Shown: piece by piece, positions 29,871 to 39,347 of the stretch | How positions within the stretch are numbered: the stretch's first letter is position 1 | Layout of the letters: each line of letters opens with the position of its first letter | Origin: an uncultured Bdellovibrionales bacterium | Lineage (GTDB): Bacteria > Bdellovibrionota_C > UBA2361 > CAYQVO01 | Assembly (NCBI GenBank): GCA_964421085.1 | Contig: CAYQVO010000007.1 | Span: 20,284-62,545 of the forward strand | Reading direction: 5' to 3' | DNA length: 42,262 nt | Translations under genes and position numbers: made by a program | Notes under the pieces: generated by a model | Databases searched by the model: none | What the model was told of the DNA's origin: nothing | The model's input: the letters and a program-made list of their open reading frames with translations, nothing else

Positions 29871-30878
29871 ATGAGAGTGTTATTTGTTCTTCTGGCCGTG
29901 TTCGCTCTGTCCGGCTGCAGGAGCGGAGAAGAATCAGCTGCCGTTGAAGATCCTGCTCAGAAGGTTCGTGTATATAAGGCGGAGCTTGTAAACGCATCCG
30001 GTACTGAAGCTGTTCCGGGCACTGTGCGGGCAAAGCTCCGAGCGAGCATCGAGGCAAAGATCCCGGGCCGCGTCGAAAGGATGCCGGCATTCGAAGGGCA
30101 GACTGTGGTCCAGGGAGAACTTCTGGCTCAACTTGATGCGAAGGAAGTGCAGGCCAGACTCGATCAGGCTCTTGCCATGAAGGATCAGGCTGAACGGGAT
30201 CTCAGGCGGTTCACATCGCTTCTGCAGCAGAAAGCCGCCACCCAGGCTGAATACGACGGAATGGAGGCGAAGGCGCGTGTTGCGAGGGGGGCAGTGGCGG
30301 AAGCTCAAAGCATGCTGTCGCACGCCCGGGTGAAAGCGCCGTTCTCCGGTCTGATTACCAGAAAGCTTGCGAACGTAGGCGATCTCGCGTTGCCCGGAAA
30401 GCCGCTTTTCGAAATCGAAGACCCTTCCGCGCTTCGGTTCGAAGCCGGCATTCCCGAGACTTTCATTACGCGCATAAAGACCGGCGCGTTCTTCGACGTG
30501 AAGATCTCCGCGCTCGACAAATCATTGAAGGGCGCCGTTTCCGAAGTTTCACCTGCAGCGGACCCGAACAGCCGCACATTTCTCGTGAAGGTCGATCTTC
30601 CCGCCGCTTCAGACCTGCGGTCGGGCCAGTTCGGGTACGTGGCGGTGCCCGCAGGGCAGGAATCGATGCTCAGTATTCCTGCAGCTGCGGTCGTTCAGCG
30701 GGGGCAGATGGAAGTTGTTTATGTAATCAAGGACGGAAGGGCCCGGCTCCGGCTCGTTCGCACGGGAAAGAAAGAGGGGGGCAAGGTAGAACTGCTGTCG
30801 GGACTTGATCCGGGTGAACAAGTCGCAGTTGACGGTATTGCCGGACTCAAGGACGGCCGGAAAGTCGAGGTGAACTGA
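29871..30878 (+). CDS. RND efflux periplasmic adaptor (membrane fusion lipoprotein)
   Basis: LSGC lipobox; [28 protein letters not shown] motifs. Confidence 0.92.
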   Translation: MRVLFVLLAVFALSGCRSGEESAAVEDPAQKVRVYKAELVNASGTEAVPGTVRAKLRASIEAKIPGRVERMPAFEGQTVVQGELLAQLDAKEVQARLDQALAMKDQAERDLRRFTSLLQQKAATQAEYDGMEAKARVARGAVAEAQSMLSHARVKAPFSGLITRKLANVGDLALPGKPLFEIEDPSALRFEAGIPETFITRIKTGAFFDVKISALDKSLKGAVSEVSPAADPNSRTFLVKVDLPAASDLRSGQFGYVAVPAGQESMLSIPAAAVVQRGQMEVVYVIKDGRARLRLVRTGKKEGGKVELLSGLDPGEQVAVDGIAGLKDGRKVEVN

Positions 30879-33800
30879 TGCATCGTGGAACAGCCGGGCG
30901 TATCGCGGATGCGTTCATAGATTCGAAGCTCACACCGCTCGTTGTGATCACTTCTGTGCTTCTTGGTATCGGGGCAATCTGGCTTCTCCCTCGGGAAGAA
31001 GAGCCGCAGATAAAAGTCCCGATGATTGACGTGATGGTCTCGATGCCGGGATTTACGGCAAAAGAGGTGGAGGAGCGGGCCACACGTCCGATGGAAAAAC
31101 TTCTCTGGGAGATACCGGGGGTGGAATACATATACTCCATGTCCCAGCCTTCCCGGAGTCTTGCGATAGTACGGTTCAAAGTCGGCGAGGATGTAGAAAA
31201 AAGCCTGGTCAAGCTGAATCAGAAAATGCAGTCTAATTTCGACAGAATTCCGCCGGGCGTCTCATTTCCGCTTATAAAGCCCAGATCCATTGACGATGTT
31301 CCGATTCTTGCGCTGACCTTCCACTCGTCCCGCTATGATCATCTGATGCTGCGGCGGCTGGTGGCGCAGATTGACGATGCAGTGAAGCAGGCGCCGGATG
31401 TGGCGGAAACGACGGTAACAGGGGGTGTGAGGCGGCACGTAAGAGTTCTCTTCGATCCCGTGAAACTTGCGTCGCGGAACCTCAGTCCCGCAAATCTTGC
31501 CCAGATGCTTCAGCTGGCGAACCGCGAATTTCCATCGGGCGCCGTCACCACGCGGAATACCGAGGTTCTGGTTGAAACCGGAGGATTTCTTGAAACATCC
31601 GATGATGTCGGGAGTGTCGTAGTCGGAGCTTTCCAGGGAAGACCCGTCTATCTCCGTGAAGTGGCGGATATAGTGGATGGTCCGGAGGAAGTCTCGCAGT
31701 ATGTGCTGTTCGGCAGCGCGGCAACCGGTGACGAGGAGCCTGCAGTAACCCTGAGTATCGCAAAAAGGCCCGGCGCCAACGCGATACAGGTCGCAGATAC
31801 AGTCCTTCATAAAATCGGGACACTGCGGGGCCATATAATTCCCTCTGATGTGGAAATGGCGGTAACCCGGAACTATGGCGAGACTGCGGCTGAAAAATCG
31901 AACGAACTTCTCTTTCATATGGCCATCGCCATACTTGGCGTGACGGCCCTGATCTGGATCGTGCTCGGATGGAGAGAGTCGATGATCGTCGCTGTCGCTA
32001 TTCCGTCAACTCTTGCGCTCACCCTGCTCACATTCTTCATGTTCGGATTCACCCTGAACAGGATTACCCTCTTCGCGCTTATCTTTTCGATTGGTATTCT
32101 TGTCGACGATGCTATTGTAGTCGTTGAAAACATCGTCCGCCATTTCCACCTTCCGCACAACAAGGGAAGACCTTGGCACGTGATTGCGGTTGAAGCAGTG
32201 GGTGAGGTGGGCAATCCTACAATTCTCGCGACATTTGCAGTCATCGCCGCCGTTCTCCCGATGGCGTTTGTCGGCGGACTGATGGGACCTTACATGCGGC
32301 CGATCCCAGTCGGCGCCAGTGCGGCGATGCTCTTCTCTCTGGCGATTGCATTCATAGTGACCCCCTGGGCTGCAATAAGAGTGCTGCACTGGGGTGAAAA
32401 ATACCGGCACAGCACGGAAGGCGCGGCGTCCTCCGGCGGGCATCACACAAGTCTGGAGCACGAAGAGGATTTCTTCACCAGGCTTTACCGGCGCGTCATG
32501 GGTCCTCTTATTGAACGTCGTCCGGCCCGGATGAAGTTCCTTGCAGTCATAGCATTCCTCCTGATTGCGTCGCTGGCACTTGTCGGTGTGAAGCTCGTCA
32601 AGGTCAAAATGCTTCCTTTCGACAACAAAAGCGAGTTCCAGGTGATCATAAATATGCCCGAAGGCAGCTCTCTGGAGAAAACCGCTCAGGCTGCGAGGGA
32701 GATAGCCCGTGAAATCAGAAAGGAACCGGAGGTGACTGACTATCAGGTTTACGTGGGTGCGGCAGCTCCGTTCAATTTCAACGGCCTTGTACGTCACTAC
32801 TTCAATCGAAGCGGAGCATCTTCAGCCGACCTTCAGGTGAATCTCGCAGGCAAAAGCGAGAGGTCGGCGCAGAGCCATGAGATTGCAAAACGGGTGCGGC
32901 CGCGGGTTCAAAGTATCGCGGCGCAGTTTGGTGCAAGGGTCGCGGTAGCTGAAGTTCCTCCAGGGCCTCCCGTGCTGCAGACTCTGGTCGCAGAAATATA
33001 CGGGCCTGATGAACAGTCAAGATCAAAGCTCGCCGGAAAGGTGCGGGAAATTTTCCGCGCGACTGAAGGTGTGGTCGATGTAGACTGGTATCGCGAGGAC
33101 GATCAGAAGAAGGCGCGTTTTTCCGTCGATAAAGAGAAGGCGGCTCTTCATGGCATCAACGCTTCGAGCATAGCCGAAACGCTTCGGATGGCAGTCGATG
33201 GCGCGGGCGTTGATATTCTTCATGCGCCGAATGAGAAGGAAGATGTGCGGATAACCCTGCAGCTTCCGCGGGCCATGCGGACGAGCCCGGAGGATCTGCT
33301 TGCGCTTCGCATAAGATCGGGCGACGCGAACGCACTGCCCGAACCTTCGCCGGGTGTTGCCATGCCGCCCCTGGTTCCGCTCCGGGAGCTTGTAAAGCTG
33401 GATTACATCATTCAGGACAAGACCATCCACCACAAGAATTTGATGCCGGTGACATATGTTACCGGGGATGTCGCAGGTGTTATCGAGAGCCCTGTTTACG
33501 CGATTCTGAAAATGAACAGCGAGCTGGCGAAGCTGAATCCATTCGAGTTCGGCGGCAGTACGTCGCGTCTGACTGTCTTCAATGCCGTGCAGCCTTTCAC
33601 TGATCTTCAACCATCGATGAAGTGGGATGGCGAGTGGCAGATCACAATCGAGGTCTTCAGGGACCTTGGTCTCGCGTTTATGGTCGTGCTCGTTCTCATA
33701 TATATTCTCATGGTCGGATGGTTCGGTTCTTATATGACGCCTCTTATCGTCATGGCGGCAATCCCGTTCTCCCTGGTGGGAATTCTGCCCGCGCACTGGC

Positions 33801-34129
33801 TTCTGGGAGCGTTTTTCACTGCGACATCGATGATAGGATTCATGGCGGGCGCCGGGATTGTCGTGCGTAATTCAATCATACTTGTCGATTTCATTGAGCT
33901 GAGGCTCAGGGAAGGGGTCCCTCTCGCTGATGCGGTTATCGACGCAGGCGCAGTGCGTTTCCGTCCCATGCTCCTTACCGCGCTGGCTGTTGTCGTCGGC
34001 GCAAGTGTCATTCTCTTCGACCCGATTTTTCAGGGCCTTGCAATATCTCTGATGGCAGGCGAGATAGCGTCCCTCCTTATAAGCCGCATGGCTGTGCCGG
34101 TGTTGTATTATATGGGGCATCGTTCATGA
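30878..34129 (+). CDS. RND efflux permease (AcrB/AcrD/AcrF family)
   Basis: [43 protein letters not shown] motifs. Confidence 0.95.
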   Translation: MHRGTAGRIADAFIDSKLTPLVVITSVLLGIGAIWLLPREEEPQIKVPMIDVMVSMPGFTAKEVEERATRPMEKLLWEIPGVEYIYSMSQPSRSLAIVRFKVGEDVEKSLVKLNQKMQSNFDRIPPGVSFPLIKPRSIDDVPILALTFHSSRYDHLMLRRLVAQIDDAVKQAPDVAETTVTGGVRRHVRVLFDPVKLASRNLSPANLAQMLQLANREFPSGAVTTRNTEVLVETGGFLETSDDVGSVVVGAFQGRPVYLREVADIVDGPEEVSQYVLFGSAATGDEEPAVTLSIAKRPGANAIQVADTVLHKIGTLRGHIIPSDVEMAVTRNYGETAAEKSNELLFHMAIAILGVTALIWIVLGWRESMIVAVAIPSTLALTLLTFFMFGFTLNRITLFALIFSIGILVDDAIVVVENIVRHFHLPHNKGRPWHVIAVEAVGEVGNPTILATFAVIAAVLPMAFVGGLMGPYMRPIPVGASAAMLFSLAIAFIVTPWAAIRVLHWGEKYRHSTEGAASSGGHHTSLEHEEDFFTRLYRRVMGPLIERRPARMKFLAVIAFLLIASLALVGVKLVKVKMLPFDNKSEFQVIINMPEGSSLEKTAQAAREIAREIRKEPEVTDYQVYVGAAAPFNFNGLVRHYFNRSGASSADLQVNLAGKSERSAQSHEIAKRVRPRVQSIAAQFGARVAVAEVPPGPPVLQTLVAEIYGPDEQSRSKLAGKVREIFRATEGVVDVDWYREDDQKKARFSVDKEKAALHGINASSIAETLRMAVDGAGVDILHAPNEKEDVRITLQLPRAMRTSPEDLLALRIRSGDANALPEPSPGVAMPPLVPLRELVKLDYIIQDKTIHHKNLMPVTYVTGDVAGVIESPVYAILKMNSELAKLNPFEFGGSTSRLTVFNAVQPFTDLQPSMKWDGEWQITIEVFRDLGLAFMVVLVLIYILMVGWFGSYMTPLIVMAAIPFSLVGILPAHWLLGAFFTATSMIGFMAGAGIVVRNSIILVDFIELRLREGVPLADAVIDAGAVRFRPMLLTALAVVVGASVILFDPIFQGLAISLMAGEIASLLISRMAVPVLYYMGHRS

Positions 34130-34254
34130 CATTTCCGGCTTCCGTAAATCCCCGGGGACTGCTCCTCGAACAGGGGGACGACACGGTTTCGGTGATTCAA
34201 CACGATTCCGCCCAGGGGAATTTCCTATTTTCCCGTGAAATTTGCTATGGCTCC

Positions 34255-34280
34255 TTAGGTTGATTCACTACTCAGCCGAC
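34255..34280 (+). promoter_or_regulatory. possible sigma28-type promoter upstream of the minor pilin cluster
   Basis: TTAGG-N15-GCCGAC, 73 nt upstream of ATG 34354. Confidence 0.4.
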
Positions 34281-34353
34281 ACAGGCAGGGAAGAAGTAGT
34301 AAAGAAAGGCGCGCGAGCAGTCGCGTGACAACCCCTCTTTTAGTGAGCGCCTG

Positions 34354-34857
34354 ATGAGATTTGTACGCAAAGTTAAGTCCGAAAGAGGAATGACTTTGCT
34401 CGAGATCGTGACTGTTCTCGGGATTGTGAGTTCCGTCAGTGTCGCCGTAAGCCTGAATTTTTCCGAGGTAAGATCAAGCTTCGATAAACTTACCGCGCGA
34501 GGTGTTCTTATTCAGGATCTTACGCGTGCTCAGGCGGAAGCGGTAACTGCCGGCTGCAGAATGATATTCACGGTCGCGACGGACGGGAGGAGTTACAATT
34601 ACGGCTGTGATTTACTCCCCTATGATACCGGCTTTCCGCCGTCTGCTGATGTCTTTTCCTGTGTCCGCCCGCTCCCCCGCAGAATCACTCTTTCCCCTGG
34701 CACGGTTATTGTATTCAACTCCCGGGGGCAATCCGTTGATGCATCCGGCGAGATGACGAACGTTACCCTTCGTCTGTCGGCCGAAACAAGTCGCGGTGTC
34801 GTCAATTATGTCTCGGGAACTTTACTTGGCACGGGAGCTTTTCAGTACAATGGATAG
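34354..34857 (+). CDS. type IV minor pilin, FimT/FimU/GspH-like
   Basis: Prepilin motif RG|MTLLE; AQAEAV; IVFNSRG. Confidence 0.85.
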   Translation: MRFVRKVKSERGMTLLEIVTVLGIVSSVSVAVSLNFSEVRSSFDKLTARGVLIQDLTRAQAEAVTAGCRMIFTVATDGRSYNYGCDLLPYDTGFPPSADVFSCVRPLPRRITLSPGTVIVFNSRGQSVDASGEMTNVTLRLSAETSRGVVNYVSGTLLGTGAFQYNG

Positions 34858-35278
34858 AAAATCTCCGTTAAAGAAAATTTTGGGCGGCGTGTCCCGCGGG
34901 TTCCGGCGGCAGATGGGTTTCTCCATGATCGAACTTCTCGTTGCCGTCGCTCTCCTCGGATTGTCAGGGCTGGCAATATCCAGAAGTGTCATTCAAGGCT
35001 TCCGGATTCTGAAGTTCTCCGAGGTGAACTTTATCGCCAATTCCCTGGCGATGGCCAAAATGGAAGAGTTCGCCGCAAAGGACACAATCGAGATTACCGC
35101 AGCGTTGAATGCTGTCGAGCCGGCAGTCACATATCCTGATCTCGGTCTGACCTTTACCCGGACATCCACAATTGTGGAAAACCTGGACGAAACACGCACA
35201 GTCACGGTGAACGTGAGGACTAATCAACCGCCGGTCACCAGCGTAGAGTTCACTTCAACTTTTGTGCTTTGGGAGTGA
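34850..35278 (+). CDS. type IV minor pilin, PilV-like
   Basis: MG|FSMIELLVA; ANSLAMAKMEE. Confidence 0.85.
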   Translation: MDRKSPLKKILGGVSRGFRRQMGFSMIELLVAVALLGLSGLAISRSVIQGFRILKFSEVNFIANSLAMAKMEEFAAKDTIEITAALNAVEPAVTYPDLGLTFTRTSTIVENLDETRTVTVNVRTNQPPVTSVEFTSTFVLWE

Positions 35279-35280
35279 GG

Positions 35281-36156
35281 ATGGGCCGTAACGCGGGTAT
35301 AGAAATCGCGAACCCCTGCGCCGGATTCACCCTGGTGGAGACACTCGTCACTCTGGCTGTGTCGAGTATCGTGCTCCTGGTGGCGACAACGCAGTACGTC
35401 ACCACCATATCTCACGCCAACGACCATCAGACCAGACTGGAGGCCCTGGTGCAGGCTCAGGCCATGGCACAAACGATGGTAAGCGAGCTTCGCATGGCAG
35501 GAAATGGGGTGCCGTTTGATCAGGCGAATTTCGAGATAGGAGAAAATACACTGCCTGACCCTACAGTCACAGAACCAATCGTCACCGCCACATCCAGCGA
35601 GTCCACTATCGATTTTCGACTGAATGAGAGCGGGGAAGTATATGTGCTGCGTTCAATCTTCGATCCGGGAAGCAGTCTAACCATGCTTTTAAATACGACT
35701 GCCGGTCTTAACGCCGGTGATACGGTTTATATCTCGAACAGCGTCATGTCCGGGGACGATGGGCTGAAAGGCACTATAGCCGGCGTAAATTCCGGTGCAG
35801 GTTCGATTACACTCACAGCAGGATATGTCGCCACCGCCGGCGCGACCTTCATTGTTGGAAGCACGCTCGAAAAGGTCAACACCATCCGCTACGCCAACTC
35901 AGACGGCAACATTACGCGGGACGCCGGGTCCAGCCCGGTGGTTCTGGGAACAAACAGTACCGCATCGTTTGAATACCTGGACTTTAATGGCGTGCCTGTT
36001 TCACCCCCCCTCACACCGGCTCAATTAGTGGATGTTGTGCGCTCGATCAGGGTGACCATTGTCAAACAAAGCGCGAAGAAGTTGAGCAACGGTGAGTTTT
36101 ATTCGGCAGGAGTTTCACAGACAGTAGGTATCAGAAATCTGAACCTCTTCTTTTGA
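35281..36156 (+). CDS. type IV minor pilin, PilW-like
   Basis: AG|FTLVETLV; ELRMAG; C-terminal VRSIRVTI...IRN. Confidence 0.85.
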   Translation: MGRNAGIEIANPCAGFTLVETLVTLAVSSIVLLVATTQYVTTISHANDHQTRLEALVQAQAMAQTMVSELRMAGNGVPFDQANFEIGENTLPDPTVTEPIVTATSSESTIDFRLNESGEVYVLRSIFDPGSSLTMLLNTTAGLNAGDTVYISNSVMSGDDGLKGTIAGVNSGAGSITLTAGYVATAGATFIVGSTLEKVNTIRYANSDGNITRDAGSSPVVLGTNSTASFEYLDFNGVPVSPPLTPAQLVDVVRSIRVTIVKQSAKKLSNGEFYSAGVSQTVGIRNLNLFF

Positions 36157-36174
36157 GTTTTTTCGGAGGTAGGT

Positions 36175-37644
36175 ATGTTTAAAAAAAGTGAGCGTGGTTA
36201 CATTCTGATTGGAGCACTCATCCTTATCACACTGGGGGCGCTGCTGTCAGCCAGCATGATTGATATGACCGTCACTGGAACCAGGACCAGAGGCATCGCA
36301 AAAACTCAGGCGCAGTATCAATACGAATGTGAGGAAACCCTCAACAAGGTTGTCGCCTGGTTTCAGGCTAACTCAAAAAATATCGTGAGCGCATTCAAGG
36401 GGGCGGCATTCAACTCCAACTTCACCCTTGGCTCACCTGCCGACGGCGCCAACGAGGGGGAGCACTTTCAGGTTCCTTCGATGGTGAAGATGAAAGACAC
36501 CAATAATTCTGTCATGCTCAGCAGCAATGATTTCTTCGGCACACCTGCCTTCCCCGCCACCCAGAATATCGACACAGGCGCAGCGTTCGACGCGGTATCG
36601 GCGTTCCGTTCAGCGGACCTCGGATCCGCGAACGCCCGGGCGATTCTCATGTGGGCCCGGCATACCGACGGGAACTACGAACCAGTCTTCCGCGTAGATG
36701 CAGTCACGGGGAACAATCCGGACAGAGGGGCGCACATGTTCACCTTTGTTTATACGCAGCTCGTTGTCACAACCGGCGCAGCCGCTCCCGGGATTGGTTT
36801 CTATACCGAAGACGGGGATCTTGTGACGCAGACAGGGAATAACCAGTGTTTTTCTTACAAATGGACTCATGATGGAACCAGCTGGAGCAAAGGAGCTCCC
36901 CGGTCGAACTGTATCGTCGCTTCGAAAAAGAACATCATACTTCGAAGCAAGATTAACGGCGATGCGCTCAGCACAACCACGGATGGTGTCCAGCTGAACG
37001 GGCCGAATGGAGAGGTTTCAGGAACAGTCTGCGGAGCGCCCTCGTGCCATAATCATTCACTTTCGCCCTTTCCTGACTGGAGCACGACCTGTAACGGGCA
37101 CAGCAGAGGAAATCTTGCCGTATCCACTGACACCAATCTTGGCTCAGGGCCATTGCTCGATGATCAGTGCTGGGAGAAGGTTACGATAGACAGCGGGAAA
37201 ACCCTTACTCTTTCGGACAAGGTTAATCCGTACCGCTTTAAGGAGATTGAGTTCAAGAATCAGTCCAACGCGAGGCTGGCTTTCCCCGATATGGGGCCGA
37301 ATGAAAAAGTCACGATGTTTCTGGACAACTGGAACGGCGGGAAGGTCAACGGAAACCAGCTCTTCAACCAGAATAATTCCCCAGGCAATCTGTTGATTAA
37401 CATCACCGGCAGTTCGAGTTTTCACCTGAACGGCACGGCCGACATGAACGCGCGTTTCGTCGCACCTCTAGCCGATATCTTTATGAACGGAAACTTCATT
37501 TTCCACGGATCCGTCGAATGCAGTGAGTTCGAGGCTTCCGGCAATGCGCGCTTCAATTATGACGAAAACATCAATGCAGCCGCTGTGCCTGCGATCAGCG
37601 ATTTGAAGATTACGTTGAAGAAAGCCGGGCAGAGATACAGGTAG
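36175..37644 (+). CDS. PilX-like minor pilin with large C-terminal beta-rich domain
   Basis: RG|YILIG lacks Glu5, as in PilX/GspK; GGAGG RBS; C-terminal ..APLADI..GN..FHGS..GNARFNYD. Confidence 0.75.
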   Translation: MFKKSERGYILIGALILITLGALLSASMIDMTVTGTRTRGIAKTQAQYQYECEETLNKVVAWFQANSKNIVSAFKGAAFNSNFTLGSPADGANEGEHFQVPSMVKMKDTNNSVMLSSNDFFGTPAFPATQNIDTGAAFDAVSAFRSADLGSANARAILMWARHTDGNYEPVFRVDAVTGNNPDRGAHMFTFVYTQLVVTTGAAAPGIGFYTEDGDLVTQTGNNQCFSYKWTHDGTSWSKGAPRSNCIVASKKNIILRSKINGDALSTTTDGVQLNGPNGEVSGTVCGAPSCHNHSLSPFPDWSTTCNGHSRGNLAVSTDTNLGSGPLLDDQCWEKVTIDSGKTLTLSDKVNPYRFKEIEFKNQSNARLAFPDMGPNEKVTMFLDNWNGGKVNGNQLFNQNNSPGNLLINITGSSSFHLNGTADMNARFVAPLADIFMNGNFIFHGSVECSEFEASGNARFNYDENINAAAVPAISDLKITLKKAGQRYR

Positions 37645-37646
37645 CC

Positions 37647-37712
37647 GAAAAAGGGTGCGGTTCCGGACGGTTCCTGTTTCCGGAAAAGAAAACAGGAACC
37701 GTCCCCTTTTCT
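37647..37712. terminator. strong hairpin between convergent genes (terminator / REP-like palindrome)
   Basis: 15-bp perfect stem ggacggttcctgttt (37665-37679) / aaacaggaaccgtcc (37690-37704), followed by cctttt; degenerate extra left arm at 37647-37664. Confidence 0.75.
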
Positions 37713-37719
37713 GTGAAGC

Positions 37720-38214
37720 TCAACTTCTGACGGGGATGTCCAGTATTTTCGGTTTATGCCCGGTGAGGTCGAAAAATTTCTCGATACCCTCATGAGAAAT
37801 GCAGAGTGTGGCAGTGTTCACAAGAGGGTGGCAGCCAACCGCATCTGCCTCCCAGACGTCCTTGTCCACTACCAGTTCTACTGAGCGGGCCGTATCGTTC
37901 ATCAGCGCGAGAAGGCTCACAGCACCGGGCTTTATACCAAGATGCTTCTCCAGACGCTCAGGCGACCCGAAGCTGAGGCGACCGGCATCAAGAAGTTTTC
38001 CGGTGGCGGTAAGGTCGACATCCTTCGCTTCATCCACCACTATCAGAATATGCCTCACGCCTTTCTTGTCGCGGAGGAAAAGATTCTTCGCAGCCATCCC
38101 GTCGAAATGAGGTACCATCTGTCTCGCCTCCCCGCAGTTCATGACGGGTGGATGTTCAACCATCGTGAAGGAGATTCCATTCCGAGAGAGAAAATCAAGA
38201 ATTTGTGTCGTCAT
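37720..38214 (-). CDS. proX: prolyl-tRNA editing protein ProX/PrdX (YbaK superfamily)
   Basis: HPPV, KNLFLRDKKG, LSFGSPERL, LGIKPGAVS, CHPLVNT motifs. Confidence 0.88.
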   Translation of the reverse strand: MTTQILDFLSRNGISFTMVEHPPVMNCGEARQMVPHFDGMAAKNLFLRDKKGVRHILIVVDEAKDVDLTATGKLLDAGRLSFGSPERLEKHLGIKPGAVSLLALMNDTARSVELVVDKDVWEADAVGCHPLVNTATLCISHEGIEKFFDLTGHKPKILDIPVRS

Positions 38215-38305
38215 AATCAGTTTGTTTTTACATAGTTGCCCGGCGCCCCGATGAAGGTTACATTTATTCGCAGGTCTGGTCCATCCTGTCCGGGGAGAGT
38301 TGACG

Positions 38306-38653
38306 ATGAAAATACTGCCTGCCGCTGCGGTATCCGCGATTTTCCTGGTTCAAACCGGAATCGCCTCAGATCGTGTCTATCTCTGTAACGGAGTGTACAG
38401 GAACACGCCGTGCGCGAAAGGAGCCGTGAGTGAAGAGCATCGACTCCCGCCGCTTACGAGGTACAAAGCGCGAGACTATTACATACCGCCGGTGCTCCCT
38501 GAGGATTCGGGGCCGGCTGAAACAAAAGCTTCAATCGATCCGATAAGGCTGAATTCGTCTCACGAAGAGGTGAAGCCTGCGGATACCGCATCCAGTTCGG
38601 GCAGTTTGAAGATTTCCGGACCTGAAGTCGACAGATTCCTGGCAAAGCAATGA
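38306..38653 (+). CDS. exported hypothetical protein with DUF4124-like N-terminus
   Basis: Signal peptide followed by VYLC.GVYRNTPC; GGGGAG RBS. Confidence 0.55.
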   Translation: MKILPAAAVSAIFLVQTGIASDRVYLCNGVYRNTPCAKGAVSEEHRLPPLTRYKARDYYIPPVLPEDSGPAETKASIDPIRLNSSHEEVKPADTASSSGSLKISGPEVDRFLAKQ

Positions 38654-38783
38654 GGGGAAGAGAGTGACGGAATCGCAGACGTCGATAACGGCAGCGCGCG
38701 CAGTGCATTATGACTGAAGATCCTCCCCGCCGCCGTGGGGAATGTCGCCGCTGAGAGGAGGGTGTGTTCCGCATCAGTCAAAT

Positions 38784-39347
38784 CTATCCTCGGCCATTGT
38801 AAATTATCCCGCCTGTTGATGTGTACAGCCGGAACACATCAGCTGCCTGCCTGGATAAAATCCCCACTTTCACTTCGATCCCCCGAATCCGAAGCTCGTT
38901 AATCCAGTCAGGATGAATCGGCCCTTCATCGAACCCGGCGAGATTTTCCGTTTCTTCTCTCGAGGCCGCGACGAGAAGCCTCCTTACCCCGGCCCATAAA
39001 ATGGATCCCGTACACATGCAGCAGGGCTGAGCGGATGATGCCAGAGTGAAGATCCGTCCCTGCGGCAGAGAGTGCCCGGTGAACATTTCGAGCGCTCCGG
39101 AGAGGCAGACGAATTCCGCGTGATAAAAAGCATTCTCCAGAGGGACGACACGATTGGCGCCCAGTGAAACAACGTGTCCTGCTTCGTCAAAAAGGGCGGC
39201 GCCGAAAGGGCCGCCGGTATCTTCTTCGACATTCTTCTCCGCAAGCCTGATCGATAGGGCGACTTTTTCCTCATCAGAGGGATATTTCGCCGCAAGCTTA
39301 AGCTCTGAAGCCCAGGCCGGCAGAAGCTTGTCATAAATCCTGATCAT
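38784..39347 (-). CDS. nucleoside deaminase (cytidine/guanine deaminase-like, zinc-dependent)
   Basis: GGPFGAA, HAE, PCCMC, GFDEG motifs. Confidence 0.9.
   Translation of the reverse strand: MIRIYDKLLPAWASELKLAAKYPSDEEKVALSIRLAEKNVEEDTGGPFGAALFDEAGHVVSLGANRVVPLENAFYHAEFVCLSGALEMFTGHSLPQGRIFTLASSAQPCCMCTGSILWAGVRRLLVAASREETENLAGFDEGPIHPDWINELRIRGIEVKVGILSRQAADVFRLYTSTGGIIYNGRG

Noticed and set aside
31262-33796. Antisense ORFs inside the RND permease gene
   Set aside because: Shadow frames with no independent evidence.
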